DNA from: Promethearchaeati archaeon SRVP18_Atabeyarchaeia-1
GTDB lineage: Archaea > Asgardarchaeota > Atabeyarchaeia > Atabeyarchaeales > Atabeyarchaeaceae
DNA: 64,000 nucleotides
Direction: 5' to 3'
Assembly (NCBI GenBank): GCA_037308085.1
Contig: CP147779.1
Coordinates: 2,144,001 to 2,208,000, forward strand
The notes beneath the pieces were generated by a model. The model ran no database searches. It was not told where the DNA came from and worked only from the letters and a program-made list of their open reading frames with translations. Below, one piece after another: positions 50,484 to 59,966 of this stretch (positions within the stretch are counted from its first letter, which is position 1; every line of letters begins with the position of its first letter). Both the position numbers and the translations under genes were made by a program.

Positions 50484-51089
50484 TCAAATGCTCTTGCCGG
50501 GTTCACTTCTGCGCTCCTTTTCTCCCTTACGTTCTTCTGTGAAGGATGTGACCGTTGATTTGCGCGACTCTGCCTCTCTTAACACATCATCTTTGATCTT
50601 GATGCGGCGCGCCAGCTTGGTGAGTCTCCTGGCCAGATTGTGCTTTCGAGTCCTACCCTCAGGTCTACGTGACCTCGATAGCAGAAGGCAGAGCGAGAGC
50701 AATTCCAATTCCTCCCTCAGTTCGCTGGCGAGCAAAGCTTTTTCGAATCCACAAGTTTGAACTGAGAACTCCCCCAAGTTGCTTTGGATCGAAGAGAGAA
50801 TGTCGACCTCAGGATGCTTCTGCTTTGCAAAGGTTATCCGCTTTGAGAAGCTCTCGGTTTCCTGGATTATGACCTGCAAATCCTTCATCGCACATTCGCC
50901 CGCCTCGCGTAGGTGCAGCAAACCAGCTACGAGAACTATGTCTCGAAAAAGTCTAGAGAAGTTGGTGGAGTCGATGCGGTCAAGTAGATCAACCCATGGC
51001 TCTTCTCTTTCAATTTCTCCAGAGAAGTCTTCATCTTTCCTCTCGGACAAAGAATCAAGAACCACCCAGAACGCGGTAGTGCCGTACAC
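50484..51089 (-). CDS. Hypothetical helical protein
   Basis: 201-aa ORF in a co-directional gene run; no family recognised. Confidence 0.5.
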   Translation of the reverse strand: MYGTTAFWVVLDSLSERKDEDFSGEIEREEPWVDLLDRIDSTNFSRLFRDIVLVAGLLHLREAGECAMKDLQVIIQETESFSKRITFAKQKHPEVDILSSIQSNLGEFSVQTCGFEKALLASELREELELLSLCLLLSRSRRPEGRTRKHNLARRLTKLARRIKIKDDVLREAESRKSTVTSFTEERKGEKERRSEPGKSI

Positions 51090-51153
51090 TTAAATGGAAC
51101 TGATAGAAAAGGATTTGGACAAAATCGCGAAACGGTGGGTCTCCTTACTCGGG

Positions 51154-52800
51154 TCATGCTGACTTCTTGGATCCCAGCGAATTCTTTCGCCGCTCCCGGA
51201 TCGTTCCGAGCGCCGATATCGGCAACCCTGCGGCTAGAAACGCCACGAAACCATAAACCGCCACTACCGCACCTGCCGGTACTGGTTCCAGTCTAGGTCC
51301 TGGCCCAGGAATCGTTAAGTTGATCCAGCTTATTAGCAGAGTCTTTGTTCCGTTGCACTCTATCCCAGTGGCTATTAGGATATTGGAAACGTTGTCATAG
51401 GTCCATGAAGATAGACCGAGGACTGTTAAGGGTGAACCCTTGGTTGCGCAGTAGACGTTAAGCGTGCTACTTGTACCGTTGGAGGCGCTCATGGTTACCG
51501 TGATATTATCGTCGGTGAGAATAGGGGGCTTCGTCATATTCGCATTCTGCACCTTGACATAGACCCCGTTTTGGAAGTCCCAGTATTTCATAGGACTGTA
51601 AAGCCAAAAGCTGTCAAATGTGCTTCCCGTGGGGTTCTTGGCCTCCAGGTGCAATGAGCCATTCCTGTAAACGGTTGCCAGGACAAAGTGATACTGGGCG
51701 CTCCCCGTAACGAAATATGATTGCGGATTATCGTAGGCGACTAGGGGTGCGCCCCACCCTCCTGCCGTCACGTACACCGTTCCTAGCCGGTTGGACCATA
51801 CGGGGACACCATTGTTCATGGGCTCGCTGCGGGCATAATTGTGAGTGTGGCCTTGCACGACAAGATCAACATGGTACTTGTCAAAAAGTGGAACCCAGAA
51901 GGCCTGTATGTCAGGTGCCCCTCCGTGCGCCAGGCTAGATTGGTAGACATTGCGATGGAGCATTACAATCTTCCACACATAGGATGGAGTAGAGTTCAGG
52001 ACATTCTCCAGCCATGTTACTTCGTCTCCCGAGACTTGTGATGGGAAGGCCTCATCGTTGAGTACTATGATCCGCAGAGTTGGACCCCAATCGTAGTAGT
52101 ACCATTGCTCATTGCCAGGCAGAGCAAACTGCCCATAATAGTTGGTCGCGTTATTTTCGTGGTTGCCCAGACTTGGGATAATGGGGATTGTGAGACCGTT
52201 GTCGCCTATCCAGTTGTCATTAAGATCTTGGAACCATGGATCCCAGTAAGCCTGATTCCCCCCATCATCTACCATGTCGCCCACGTGCATTACAAAAGAG
52301 GGATTGAAGTGTCTCATCGCTTGGGAAACTTGAGTGCGGGCTGCCACATTTGTTCGAGAGTCTCCGCCGAATACGAAAGTGAAGTCGGTGGCGGCAGCAG
52401 GAGCTGTTCTGAATGAGCGCTCGCCGCTGTAGTTACCTATCCCGCCGCAGACGAAGTAGTACGTGGTGTCTGGGGTCAGGCTGGTGAGTTCGACATCATG
52501 AATGTAGCCCGTGGCACCAGGATAGGTGTGACTGGAGCCTGAAGCCGTCAAGCCGTACTCTGAGGGGTTTCCGCCACGAGGCACCGTGTCATATAGAACC
52601 ATATCTCCAGATGAAGAGTAGGCCGTCTGCCAAGTCACAGTTATGGCAGAAGCGGGGCTGTGTTGGTAGGTTAAGTGTAGGTGTTGAGGATCGTCAGTAC
52701 CAGGACTGGCTCTTGCCATCTGAGCCTGGAAAGACATTACAGTGAAGAGAGCTGCAATTAGGACTATGCAAAGGGCAGATGCCCGAGCACCTCGCTTCAA
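51154..52800 (-). CDS. Purple acid phosphatase family metallophosphoesterase, secreted and membrane-anchored
   Basis: Signal peptide; PAP N-domain (HDVELTSLTPDTTYYF); GDSR, GDMVD, GNHE, GHTHNY; C-terminal TM. Confidence 0.9.
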   Translation of the reverse strand: MKRGARASALCIVLIAALFTVMSFQAQMARASPGTDDPQHLHLTYQHSPASAITVTWQTAYSSSGDMVLYDTVPRGGNPSEYGLTASGSSHTYPGATGYIHDVELTSLTPDTTYYFVCGGIGNYSGERSFRTAPAAATDFTFVFGGDSRTNVAARTQVSQAMRHFNPSFVMHVGDMVDDGGNQAYWDPWFQDLNDNWIGDNGLTIPIIPSLGNHENNATNYYGQFALPGNEQWYYYDWGPTLRIIVLNDEAFPSQVSGDEVTWLENVLNSTPSYVWKIVMLHRNVYQSSLAHGGAPDIQAFWVPLFDKYHVDLVVQGHTHNYARSEPMNNGVPVWSNRLGTVYVTAGGWGAPLVAYDNPQSYFVTGSAQYHFVLATVYRNGSLHLEAKNPTGSTFDSFWLYSPMKYWDFQNGVYVKVQNANMTKPPILTDDNITVTMSASNGTSSTLNVYCATKGSPLTVLGLSSWTYDNVSNILIATGIECNGTKTLLISWINLTIPGPGPRLEPVPAGAVVAVYGFVAFLAAGLPISALGTIRERRKNSLGSKKSA

Positions 52801-52979
52801 CTACCTCAAGCCTCACGTCATAGTATTCCTCTGGAAATAATAAATGTCTTCCTAGAAAGAAAGGAGCTATGAATAACAATCCCACGCCTGCCCAATTGTG
52901 GCTCTTGTGGATCCTGCAGTCGAGATCGCATGGCGACGCCAGAAGACAAAAAAAAGGAAAATTGAGAGTAGCTTATTCT

Positions 52980-54680
52980 TCACGGTTTGCCCGTCTTCTT
53001 CTTCTCTTCTTCTCTGAGAGGTCGCTTCAAGACTTTTCCAACTAGCGTCGTAGGTAGCTCTTTTCTGAATTCTATTTCCTTTGGGATCTTGTATGGGGCC
53101 ATTGACTTCTTAGCGAAATCAATGATGCTCTTCTTAGTTTCATCGTTTTCTGGAACGCCGGGTTTCAAGATTACGAACGCCTTCACAATTTCACTGCTGG
53201 GGTTCTTGGGGTCAGGTATTCCGACTGCTGCAGCCATAGCTACCTGGGGGTGTTCGAACAGCTTGTCATCAACTTCCCGAGGATAAACCTTGAAGCCACT
53301 AACGTCGATCATGTCCTTCTTTCTGTCAACAATGGTGAAGTACCCTTCTTCGTCCATCTTGGCTATGTCTCCTGTGAGCACCCATGGACCAGTCTCACCG
53401 ACGAGTTTGCTCTTCAGTTGGCTCTTTGTTTCCTCGGGCTTGTTCCAGTAGCCCTTCATGACTTGCGGGCCTCTGATGGCAAGTTCTCCTGGTTCGCCAA
53501 CGGGCATTAGCTTTGTTCCTGTCTCTATGTCAACTATTCTGCAATCAGTGTTTGGTATCGGCAGCCCGATTGAGCCTATTTTCCTGGTTTCCTTGTCTGG
53601 GTTTATGTGGGTTACTGGGCAGCACTCTGTCAGGCCGTACCCTTCAAGAATGGAGCCTCCGGTTACGTTTTCAAACTGCTTAATGACTTCTGGAGGCATT
53701 GGAGCTGCGCCAGAGTTGCACATTCTGATCGATTTGAGGTCTTCGTAGTACTTCTCTACACCCTTTGTCTGAAGCAGACGCATGTAGAGTGTTGGAACAC
53801 CTGGGAAGAAACTTGGCTTAGTGCTTTTGATCAATGAGAGTAGTGAGGCAAAGTCTCTTGCGTCAGGATTAAGAGCCATACAGTAGGCCATGCTGACGGA
53901 GGAGTTCATGCAGCAACTCATCCCGTAAATGTGGAATAGCGGTAAGTTGACCATGCATGTTTCTTTTCCTTCCTTTAGATCCCAAATGAACCAGTTTATT
54001 TGCTGCGTGGCATTCGCTACGAGGTTGTAGTGTGTGAGCATGGCGCCCTTCGGCACTCCTGTTGTTCCGCCTGTGTATTGCAGTGCCGCGATGTCTTCCT
54101 TCGGGTTGATCTTCACTCTGGGAGGATTCGGTTGATGGTCTGCTATTAGGTTTACCATCTGGTGAGCTCCTTCTTTTTCCTGAGCTCTCCGCGGTTTCCC
54201 GGGCAGGTAATCGACGAGTGATGCCACTATGACGTGTTTTAGTTGCGTTTCGTTCTTCACGCTGTTGACTATCTGGAGGGGTTGCCCGTCCATCGTGACA
54301 ATTGCGCTTGCCTGCGCGTCGTTCAGCTGGAACTTGACCTCAGGCGCAGTCAGCAAAGCGCTTATACAGGTCACCGCCGCGCCTGCTTTCATGGCTCCGT
54401 AGTACGCAATTATGAATTGGGGGAAGTTCGGTAAGTGTATCGCAACTACATCGCCCTTCTTGATACCCAAGTCTGCGAGAGCTGCCGCAAATCTGTCAAC
54501 GTGATCCTTGAGCTCTCTGTAGGATATCTTGCGCCCCATGAAATAGATCGCATTACTCTCAGGAAACTTCGCCGCCGTCCGGTCAAGCATCTCAGGGAGT
54601 GATATCTCTGGTATGTTCAGTTTCTCGGCTACTCCCTCATGGTAGTGTTTCAACCATGGTTTATCTGCATATGTCACCAA
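52980..54680 (-). CDS. fadD: Long-chain fatty acid--CoA ligase (paralog 1)
   Basis: QYTGGTTGVPKG, EGYGLTE, TGDIA, DRKKDMI, PTTLVGKVLK. Confidence 0.93.
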   Translation of the reverse strand: MVTYADKPWLKHYHEGVAEKLNIPEISLPEMLDRTAAKFPESNAIYFMGRKISYRELKDHVDRFAAALADLGIKKGDVVAIHLPNFPQFIIAYYGAMKAGAAVTCISALLTAPEVKFQLNDAQASAIVTMDGQPLQIVNSVKNETQLKHVIVASLVDYLPGKPRRAQEKEGAHQMVNLIADHQPNPPRVKINPKEDIAALQYTGGTTGVPKGAMLTHYNLVANATQQINWFIWDLKEGKETCMVNLPLFHIYGMSCCMNSSVSMAYCMALNPDARDFASLLSLIKSTKPSFFPGVPTLYMRLLQTKGVEKYYEDLKSIRMCNSGAAPMPPEVIKQFENVTGGSILEGYGLTECCPVTHINPDKETRKIGSIGLPIPNTDCRIVDIETGTKLMPVGEPGELAIRGPQVMKGYWNKPEETKSQLKSKLVGETGPWVLTGDIAKMDEEGYFTIVDRKKDMIDVSGFKVYPREVDDKLFEHPQVAMAAAVGIPDPKNPSSEIVKAFVILKPGVPENDETKKSIIDFAKKSMAPYKIPKEIEFRKELPTTLVGKVLKRPLREEEKKKTGKP

Positions 54681-54748
54681 TTCCTATTCCCTCTTTCCCT
54701 CGGTCTAGGACTGTATTCTATTCGACTACCTTATTGATCTCGTATATG

Positions 54749-55010
54749 GGTTCTGTCAAGTCTTCGGTAGGTGACTCGACTGGCTCGCATCGACTTTCAG
54801 GATTGCCTTTCCTTCTGTTCCGGGGGTTCCTGTACCATCGCCTCACCTGCGAGCCCCTTCAGGCCGAACCACAGCCCTGCGTCTGCTTCTACACGGGTTC
54901 TCCTTTCCCCTCCGCCTTCGGCTATAAAGCCACATACCGCGGAGCGGGGAGACTCTTAGGCTCACTATTCCGTTCCCAATATATAAATCAACCACAGACT
55001 TTACAGAGCC
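54749..55010 (-). mobile_element. MITE, 262 bp, carrying a TATA box and omegaRNA-like structure (copy 1, no TSD)
   Basis: Ends GGTTCTGTCAAGTCTTCGGT and ACCACAGACTTTACAGAGCC are 16/20 inverted; ~93% identical to 61592-61851 in opposite orientation. Confidence 0.88.
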
Positions 55011-55120
55011 GCCTATCCTAGGCTTTAAGAAGAGGGAATAGGTCGCCTGTCTCAGAGAGACGATCACCCAACGACATCAGGCTGGCTCAAAAGAAAAAGG
55101 TGGTATGGTTAGCACGCCAC

Positions 55121-56821
55121 TCATGGCTCTCCTGCTTTCTGCTTCTCTTCTTCCCTAATGTGTCTCTTCAGGACTTTGCCGACCAGGGTTGTTGGTAATT
55201 CTTTTCTGAATTCGATTTCCCTAGGAACCTTATACGGCGCGAGTTTTGTCTTGGCGAATTCGATGATGCTTCTTTTTGTTTCATCGTCCTCAGCAATGCC
55301 TGGCTTTACCACCACGAAGGCTTTGACCCGTTCGCTTCCTGGCGTCTTTGGATCTGGGACTCCGATTGCCGCTGCCATGGCAACAGATGGGTGTTCGAAG
55401 AGCACATCATCAACCTCACGTGGGTAGACTTTGAAGCCACTAACGTCGATCATGTCCTTCTTTCTGTCGACTATGTAGAAGAATCCGTCTTGGTCCATCT
55501 TCGCGATATCGCCAGTAAGCAGCCAGGGACCTAGATCGCCCGCAATCTCTTTTCTCAGCTGGTTCCTTGTCTCCTCAGGTTTATTCCAGTATCCCTTCAT
55601 TACCTGCGGGCCCTTGATCGCTAGCTCACCTGCTTCGCCGACTGGCATGAGTTTCGTTCCGGTTTCAATATCCACAATCCTGCAATCAGTGTCAGCTATC
55701 GGTGGTCCAATTGAGCCAATCTTTCTTCCCTCTTTTGAGGGGCTGATGTGCGTGGCGGGGCAAGTCTCAGTTAGTCCGTAGGCTTCGAGGACAGTTCCTC
55801 CTGTTGTTTGCTCGAATTGCTTCATGACCTCAGGCGGCATAGGCGCTGCACCAGACAAGCAGATCTTGATAGACTTCAAGTCATCGTAGTACTTCTCCAC
55901 ACCTTTGACCTGAAGCAGTCGCATGTATACTGTGGGAACCCCTGGGAAGAAACTGGGCTTCGTGCTTCTTATTATGGAGAGTAGCGAAGGGAGGTCCCTT
56001 GGATCTGGGTTGAGTGCCATGCACCAACCGAAGGCGACTGGAGCATTCATGCAGGCTGTCATAGCATATATGTGGAACAATGGTAAATTGACTACGCCCG
56101 TCTCTTTTCCGAATTCGTAGAACCAGCTGATCCATGAAATTGCCTGTGTTGCATTAGCAACGAGGTTACGGTGTGTGAGCATAGCGCCTTTTGGTATTCC
56201 TGTTGTTCCGCCTGTGTACTGTAGCACTGCGACTTCTTCTTTTGGATCGATCTTGAACTTCGGTGGATTTGGTTGATGGTCTGTTATGAGATTTAGAAAC
56301 TGCTTTGTTCCTTCTTTCTCTGCTGGTCTCCTAGGTTTTCCAGGGAGGTAGTCCATCAAGGCTGTGACAATGACATGTTGTAGTTTGGTTTCGCTTCTGA
56401 TGCTGTTGACTACTTGGAGTGGTGCACCATCCATTGTGACTATGGCTTTCGCCCCAGAGTCGTTCAACTGAAACTTGACCTCTGGTGGGGTGAGGAGCGC
56501 GCTTACGCAAGTCACCCTTGCGCCCGCCTTCAAGGCAGCGTAGTATGCTATGATGAACTGAGGCAGGTTTGGCAAGTGTATTGCGACCACGTCGCCTCTC
56601 TTGATGCCCAACTCTACTAGAGCGGTTGCCAATCGATCTACGTTGTCCTTCAATTCCCTGTAGGGGATCTTTCTTCCCATGAACCAGATCGCATTGTTAT
56701 CTGGAATCTTGGCCGCAGTTCGATCCAACATCTCTGGAATAGAAATCTCAGGAATATCCACATGCGTAGGCACTCCCTCGTGATAGTGCTTCAACCATGG
56801 TTTGTCTGCATATGTCACCAA
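55121..56821 (-). CDS. fadD: Long-chain fatty acid--CoA ligase (paralog 2, tandem duplicate)
   Basis: Same length (566 aa) and motifs as 52980-54680. Confidence 0.93.
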   Translation of the reverse strand: MVTYADKPWLKHYHEGVPTHVDIPEISIPEMLDRTAAKIPDNNAIWFMGRKIPYRELKDNVDRLATALVELGIKRGDVVAIHLPNLPQFIIAYYAALKAGARVTCVSALLTPPEVKFQLNDSGAKAIVTMDGAPLQVVNSIRSETKLQHVIVTALMDYLPGKPRRPAEKEGTKQFLNLITDHQPNPPKFKIDPKEEVAVLQYTGGTTGIPKGAMLTHRNLVANATQAISWISWFYEFGKETGVVNLPLFHIYAMTACMNAPVAFGWCMALNPDPRDLPSLLSIIRSTKPSFFPGVPTVYMRLLQVKGVEKYYDDLKSIKICLSGAAPMPPEVMKQFEQTTGGTVLEAYGLTETCPATHISPSKEGRKIGSIGPPIADTDCRIVDIETGTKLMPVGEAGELAIKGPQVMKGYWNKPEETRNQLRKEIAGDLGPWLLTGDIAKMDQDGFFYIVDRKKDMIDVSGFKVYPREVDDVLFEHPSVAMAAAIGVPDPKTPGSERVKAFVVVKPGIAEDDETKRSIIEFAKTKLAPYKVPREIEFRKELPTTLVGKVLKRHIREEEKQKAGEP

Positions 56822-57077
56822 TTCTGTCGTACCTCCTTTCCTCCGTTTAGTCTCGAATCTGGATTCTAGCTATCTCCTAAGGATCTCGTCTAGTGGTTAT
56901 TTGTCTTTTCGATGCGAGCACGGTTCTCGGAATTTCTTGGTCTCAATAGCAGCGTGAACAGGGTTTGAGCTATCTCAATCTTGGAGATTTCTTTCAAACA
57001 GTGGCATTGGGCTCGGAACAAGGCGCGGCGGACGTTAGCAATTGATCTTAAATAGACCATCGACTAACTAAGTGCTC

Positions 57078-58811
57078 ATGATTCTCCTTAATCCAAAGAA
57101 CCATAGTCGCGAGTACCCTGATGAAAGATCCAGGGGAATTATGCTGAAGACGATTGAATTCTTCGAAAGTAGAGGCAAGACTAGGCTAAAAGAAATGGAT
57201 CATAATAGGGTCTGGTATTCCGATTTTCTCGATTTTGTCAAGAAAGAGGGGATTTTCTCCACGCTTCTGACTCCGTCTGAGTATGCTGAGGTAGGCGATG
57301 GTGATACTCGCTGGGACACGTGGAGAAATTGCGAGTTTAATGAGATACTCGCCTTCTATGGCTTGTGCTACTGGTACACATGGCAGGTCTCTATTCTCGG
57401 CCTCGGTCCGATCTGGATGAGCAAGAATGAGGTAGCCAAGAAGAAAGCCGCGAAACTCCTAAGAGATGGGGCAGTATTCGCTTTCGGCCTCTCCGAGAGG
57501 GAGCATGGCGCAGACATATATTCCACTGAAATGAAGCTCGTACCCCAAGCGGATGGCAGCTATAGGGCCAACGGGGAGAAGTATTACATAGGCAACGCAA
57601 ATGCTGCTCCAATGGTCTCCACTTTCGGAAGAATAACTGATGCTAAGGGAGAAATATCTGGGGTTAAGGACAAGAGCGACTATGTCTTCTTCGTCGCGAA
57701 CTACGGTAACAGGAGCTACGACCTAGTGAAAAACGTCGTAAGTAGCCAGAACTATGTGGGTCAGTATGCGCTCCACGACTATGCAATATCGGCTTCCGAT
57801 ATCCTCTCAAAGGGGGCAGCTGCATGGGATACTGCTCTCAACACGGTCAATATTGGCAAGTTCAACCTTGGATGGGCTTCGGTCGGTATCTGCACCCACG
57901 CTTTCTATGAAGCCCTTAACCATGCTTCAAAACGCAGGCTCTACAACACTTATGTGACCGATTTTCCGCACGTAAGGCAATTCTTCGTTGATGCTTACTG
58001 CCGCCTTGTGGCGATGAAGCTCTTTTCATTGAGAGCCGCGGATTACATGCGCTCCGCTTCGCCAAGTGATAGACGGTACCTCCTCTATAACCCGATTGTG
58101 AAGATGAAGGTAACCACTCAAGGCGAAGAGGTAATAAACCTCCTCTGGGATATCATCGCCGCGAAGGGCTTCGAAGGGGACACTTATTTCGAGATGGCAG
58201 CAAGAGACATTAGGGCACTGCCGAAACTTGAAGGAACAGTCCACGTCAACATGGCGCTCGTCATCAAGTTCATACCGAAGTTCTTCTTCGGTCATGGCGA
58301 ATTCCCTGAGCTGCTGAAGAGAAACGACGCGGCAAACGATGACTTCCTCTTTGCCCAGGGACCAGCGAAGGGTCTGGGTGACATACAGTTCCACGACTAC
58401 AACCTCGCCTACAGAAGCGTTGACCTCCCCAATGTCAATCTGTTCAGGGAACAGATAGAGCTCTTCAAGGAATTCGGTCTCAAGGCACCTCCTTCCCAAA
58501 AACAGTCAACAGATATCGACTTTCTTCTAACAATTGGCGAGCTATTCACCCTAGTAGCTTATGGCCAACTCATCATTGAAAACTCAAAGATCTACAATAT
58601 TGAGGACGATCTTCTCGATCAGATTTTCGACTTCATGGTTCGAGACTTCTCGAAGTTTGCACTCCAGCTTTATTCGAAGCCAAGTAGCTCAAAAACGCAG
58701 ATGGAGTACGCAATGAAGATGATCAAGAGACCTATTGCCGATGAAGCCCGCTTCAGAAGGGTTCTCGACAGGATCTATGAACTAAAAGGCGTCTACGAAA
58801 TGAATCCTTGA
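57078..58811 (+). CDS. Acyl-CoA dehydrogenase family protein
   Basis: AFGLSEREHGAD, ANGEKYYIGN, TVNIGKFNLG, KLEGT. Confidence 0.9.
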   Translation: MILLNPKNHSREYPDERSRGIMLKTIEFFESRGKTRLKEMDHNRVWYSDFLDFVKKEGIFSTLLTPSEYAEVGDGDTRWDTWRNCEFNEILAFYGLCYWYTWQVSILGLGPIWMSKNEVAKKKAAKLLRDGAVFAFGLSEREHGADIYSTEMKLVPQADGSYRANGEKYYIGNANAAPMVSTFGRITDAKGEISGVKDKSDYVFFVANYGNRSYDLVKNVVSSQNYVGQYALHDYAISASDILSKGAAAWDTALNTVNIGKFNLGWASVGICTHAFYEALNHASKRRLYNTYVTDFPHVRQFFVDAYCRLVAMKLFSLRAADYMRSASPSDRRYLLYNPIVKMKVTTQGEEVINLLWDIIAAKGFEGDTYFEMAARDIRALPKLEGTVHVNMALVIKFIPKFFFGHGEFPELLKRNDAANDDFLFAQGPAKGLGDIQFHDYNLAYRSVDLPNVNLFREQIELFKEFGLKAPPSQKQSTDIDFLLTIGELFTLVAYGQLIIENSKIYNIEDDLLDQIFDFMVRDFSKFALQLYSKPSSSKTQMEYAMKMIKRPIADEARFRRVLDRIYELKGVYEMNP

Positions 58812-58872
58812 TCTAGGCTTTGATGGTATCCCTTGTGCGAGGCTATTAGACAAGAGAGTTAGGTAGCCAGTT

Positions 58873-59808
58873 ATGATTGAACCAAGATCAGCGAAGCCAG
58901 ACTATGGAAATTGGGTTTCCAAGAGACTAATCTACGTACCGGGCGCTGCGGGTGTTTTCCTACTCTGCCTATCATTTGCCTTTCTCATACTCACAGTCGG
59001 AACGACCGCCGCGCTCCCTTTCGATCTGTCTTTCATATTCCTAACCTTGATGGTCGGTTCGGTAGGGGTTATTCTTGTTGGCTGGGCTTTCATCTTCCCT
59101 GTATCGATAATTGGCGCAGTTGGTATTCCATTTCTTGTTTCGTCTTTTCTGCTTCCTCCACTGGCATTCGGCGCAACCTTGTTAGTCTCGATGTCCTTCT
59201 ACTTTGCATACGCTCGTCACAAGTTCTCGCCCCGAGGCGGAAAGATACAAACCAAGATCCAAGAACTGGTTCTCCGGAGCCTGGATTGGGATGGAAAGGG
59301 GGAGGCGCTGGACATAGGATGCGGAAATGCACCCCTTACCATAAGGATGGCGAAGAAGTTCTCGGATGCTCGCATTACTGGAACGGATTATTGGGGTGGA
59401 GCCTGGGAGTACTCAAAAGCTGTCTGTGAAAGAAATGCAGAAATTGAAGGCGTAGCCAGCCAAGTGAAGTTCCAGAAAGCTAGCGCCTCCCACTTGCCCT
59501 TTAAGGATGGATTCTTCGACGCGGCAATCAGCAATCTCGTGTTCCACGAGGTTAAGGACACCAAAGACAAGCGGGACGTCATTAGAGAAGCTCTGAGAGT
59601 CGTTAAGAAAGGCGGCAAGTTTGCATTTCAAGACCTGTTCCTCATGAAAAGAGTCTATGGCGAACTCGACGATCTACTTAGGGCAGTTAGAAGTTGGGGG
59701 ATCCAGAAAGTCGAGTTTCTGGACACAAGCCATTCTGACTTCATTCCAAGAGCGCTCAAGCCTCAATTCATGGTTGGCGCAATCGGAATTCTCCACGGAA
59801 AGAAATGA
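58873..59808 (+). CDS. Class I SAM-dependent methyltransferase with N-terminal TM segments
   Basis: LDIGCGNA, LPFKDGFFD...SNLVFHEV, RVVKKGG. Confidence 0.88.
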   Translation: MIEPRSAKPDYGNWVSKRLIYVPGAAGVFLLCLSFAFLILTVGTTAALPFDLSFIFLTLMVGSVGVILVGWAFIFPVSIIGAVGIPFLVSSFLLPPLAFGATLLVSMSFYFAYARHKFSPRGGKIQTKIQELVLRSLDWDGKGEALDIGCGNAPLTIRMAKKFSDARITGTDYWGGAWEYSKAVCERNAEIEGVASQVKFQKASASHLPFKDGFFDAAISNLVFHEVKDTKDKRDVIREALRVVKKGGKFAFQDLFLMKRVYGELDDLLRAVRSWGIQKVEFLDTSHSDFIPRALKPQFMVGAIGILHGKK

Positions 59809-59966
59809 CAAAACTGAAGAGGAACCCATCTGCAAAAAGGGAGAGTCTCATGAAAACAGAAGTGGGCATAGGGATTTCGACAATATATTAGTTCTGGAAG
59901 TCTGCTGACTTCTTCTGTTCTCTACTGACTTTCCCTATCCCAAGTGAATCGAATACTTAATGGCTC

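Noticed and set aside
54749-55010. Repeat considered as SRP RNA, RNase P RNA or a riboswitch
   Set aside because: I could not find the SRP helix-8 or RNase P conserved motifs. TIRs, the TSD of the second copy and similarity to the tnpB 3' end indicate a mobile-element origin.
56876-56900. Possible target of the MITE-1 guide in the fadD-2 promoter
   Set aside because: Only 13/20 identity with mismatches at the guide 5' end; explained by paralogy of the two leaders.
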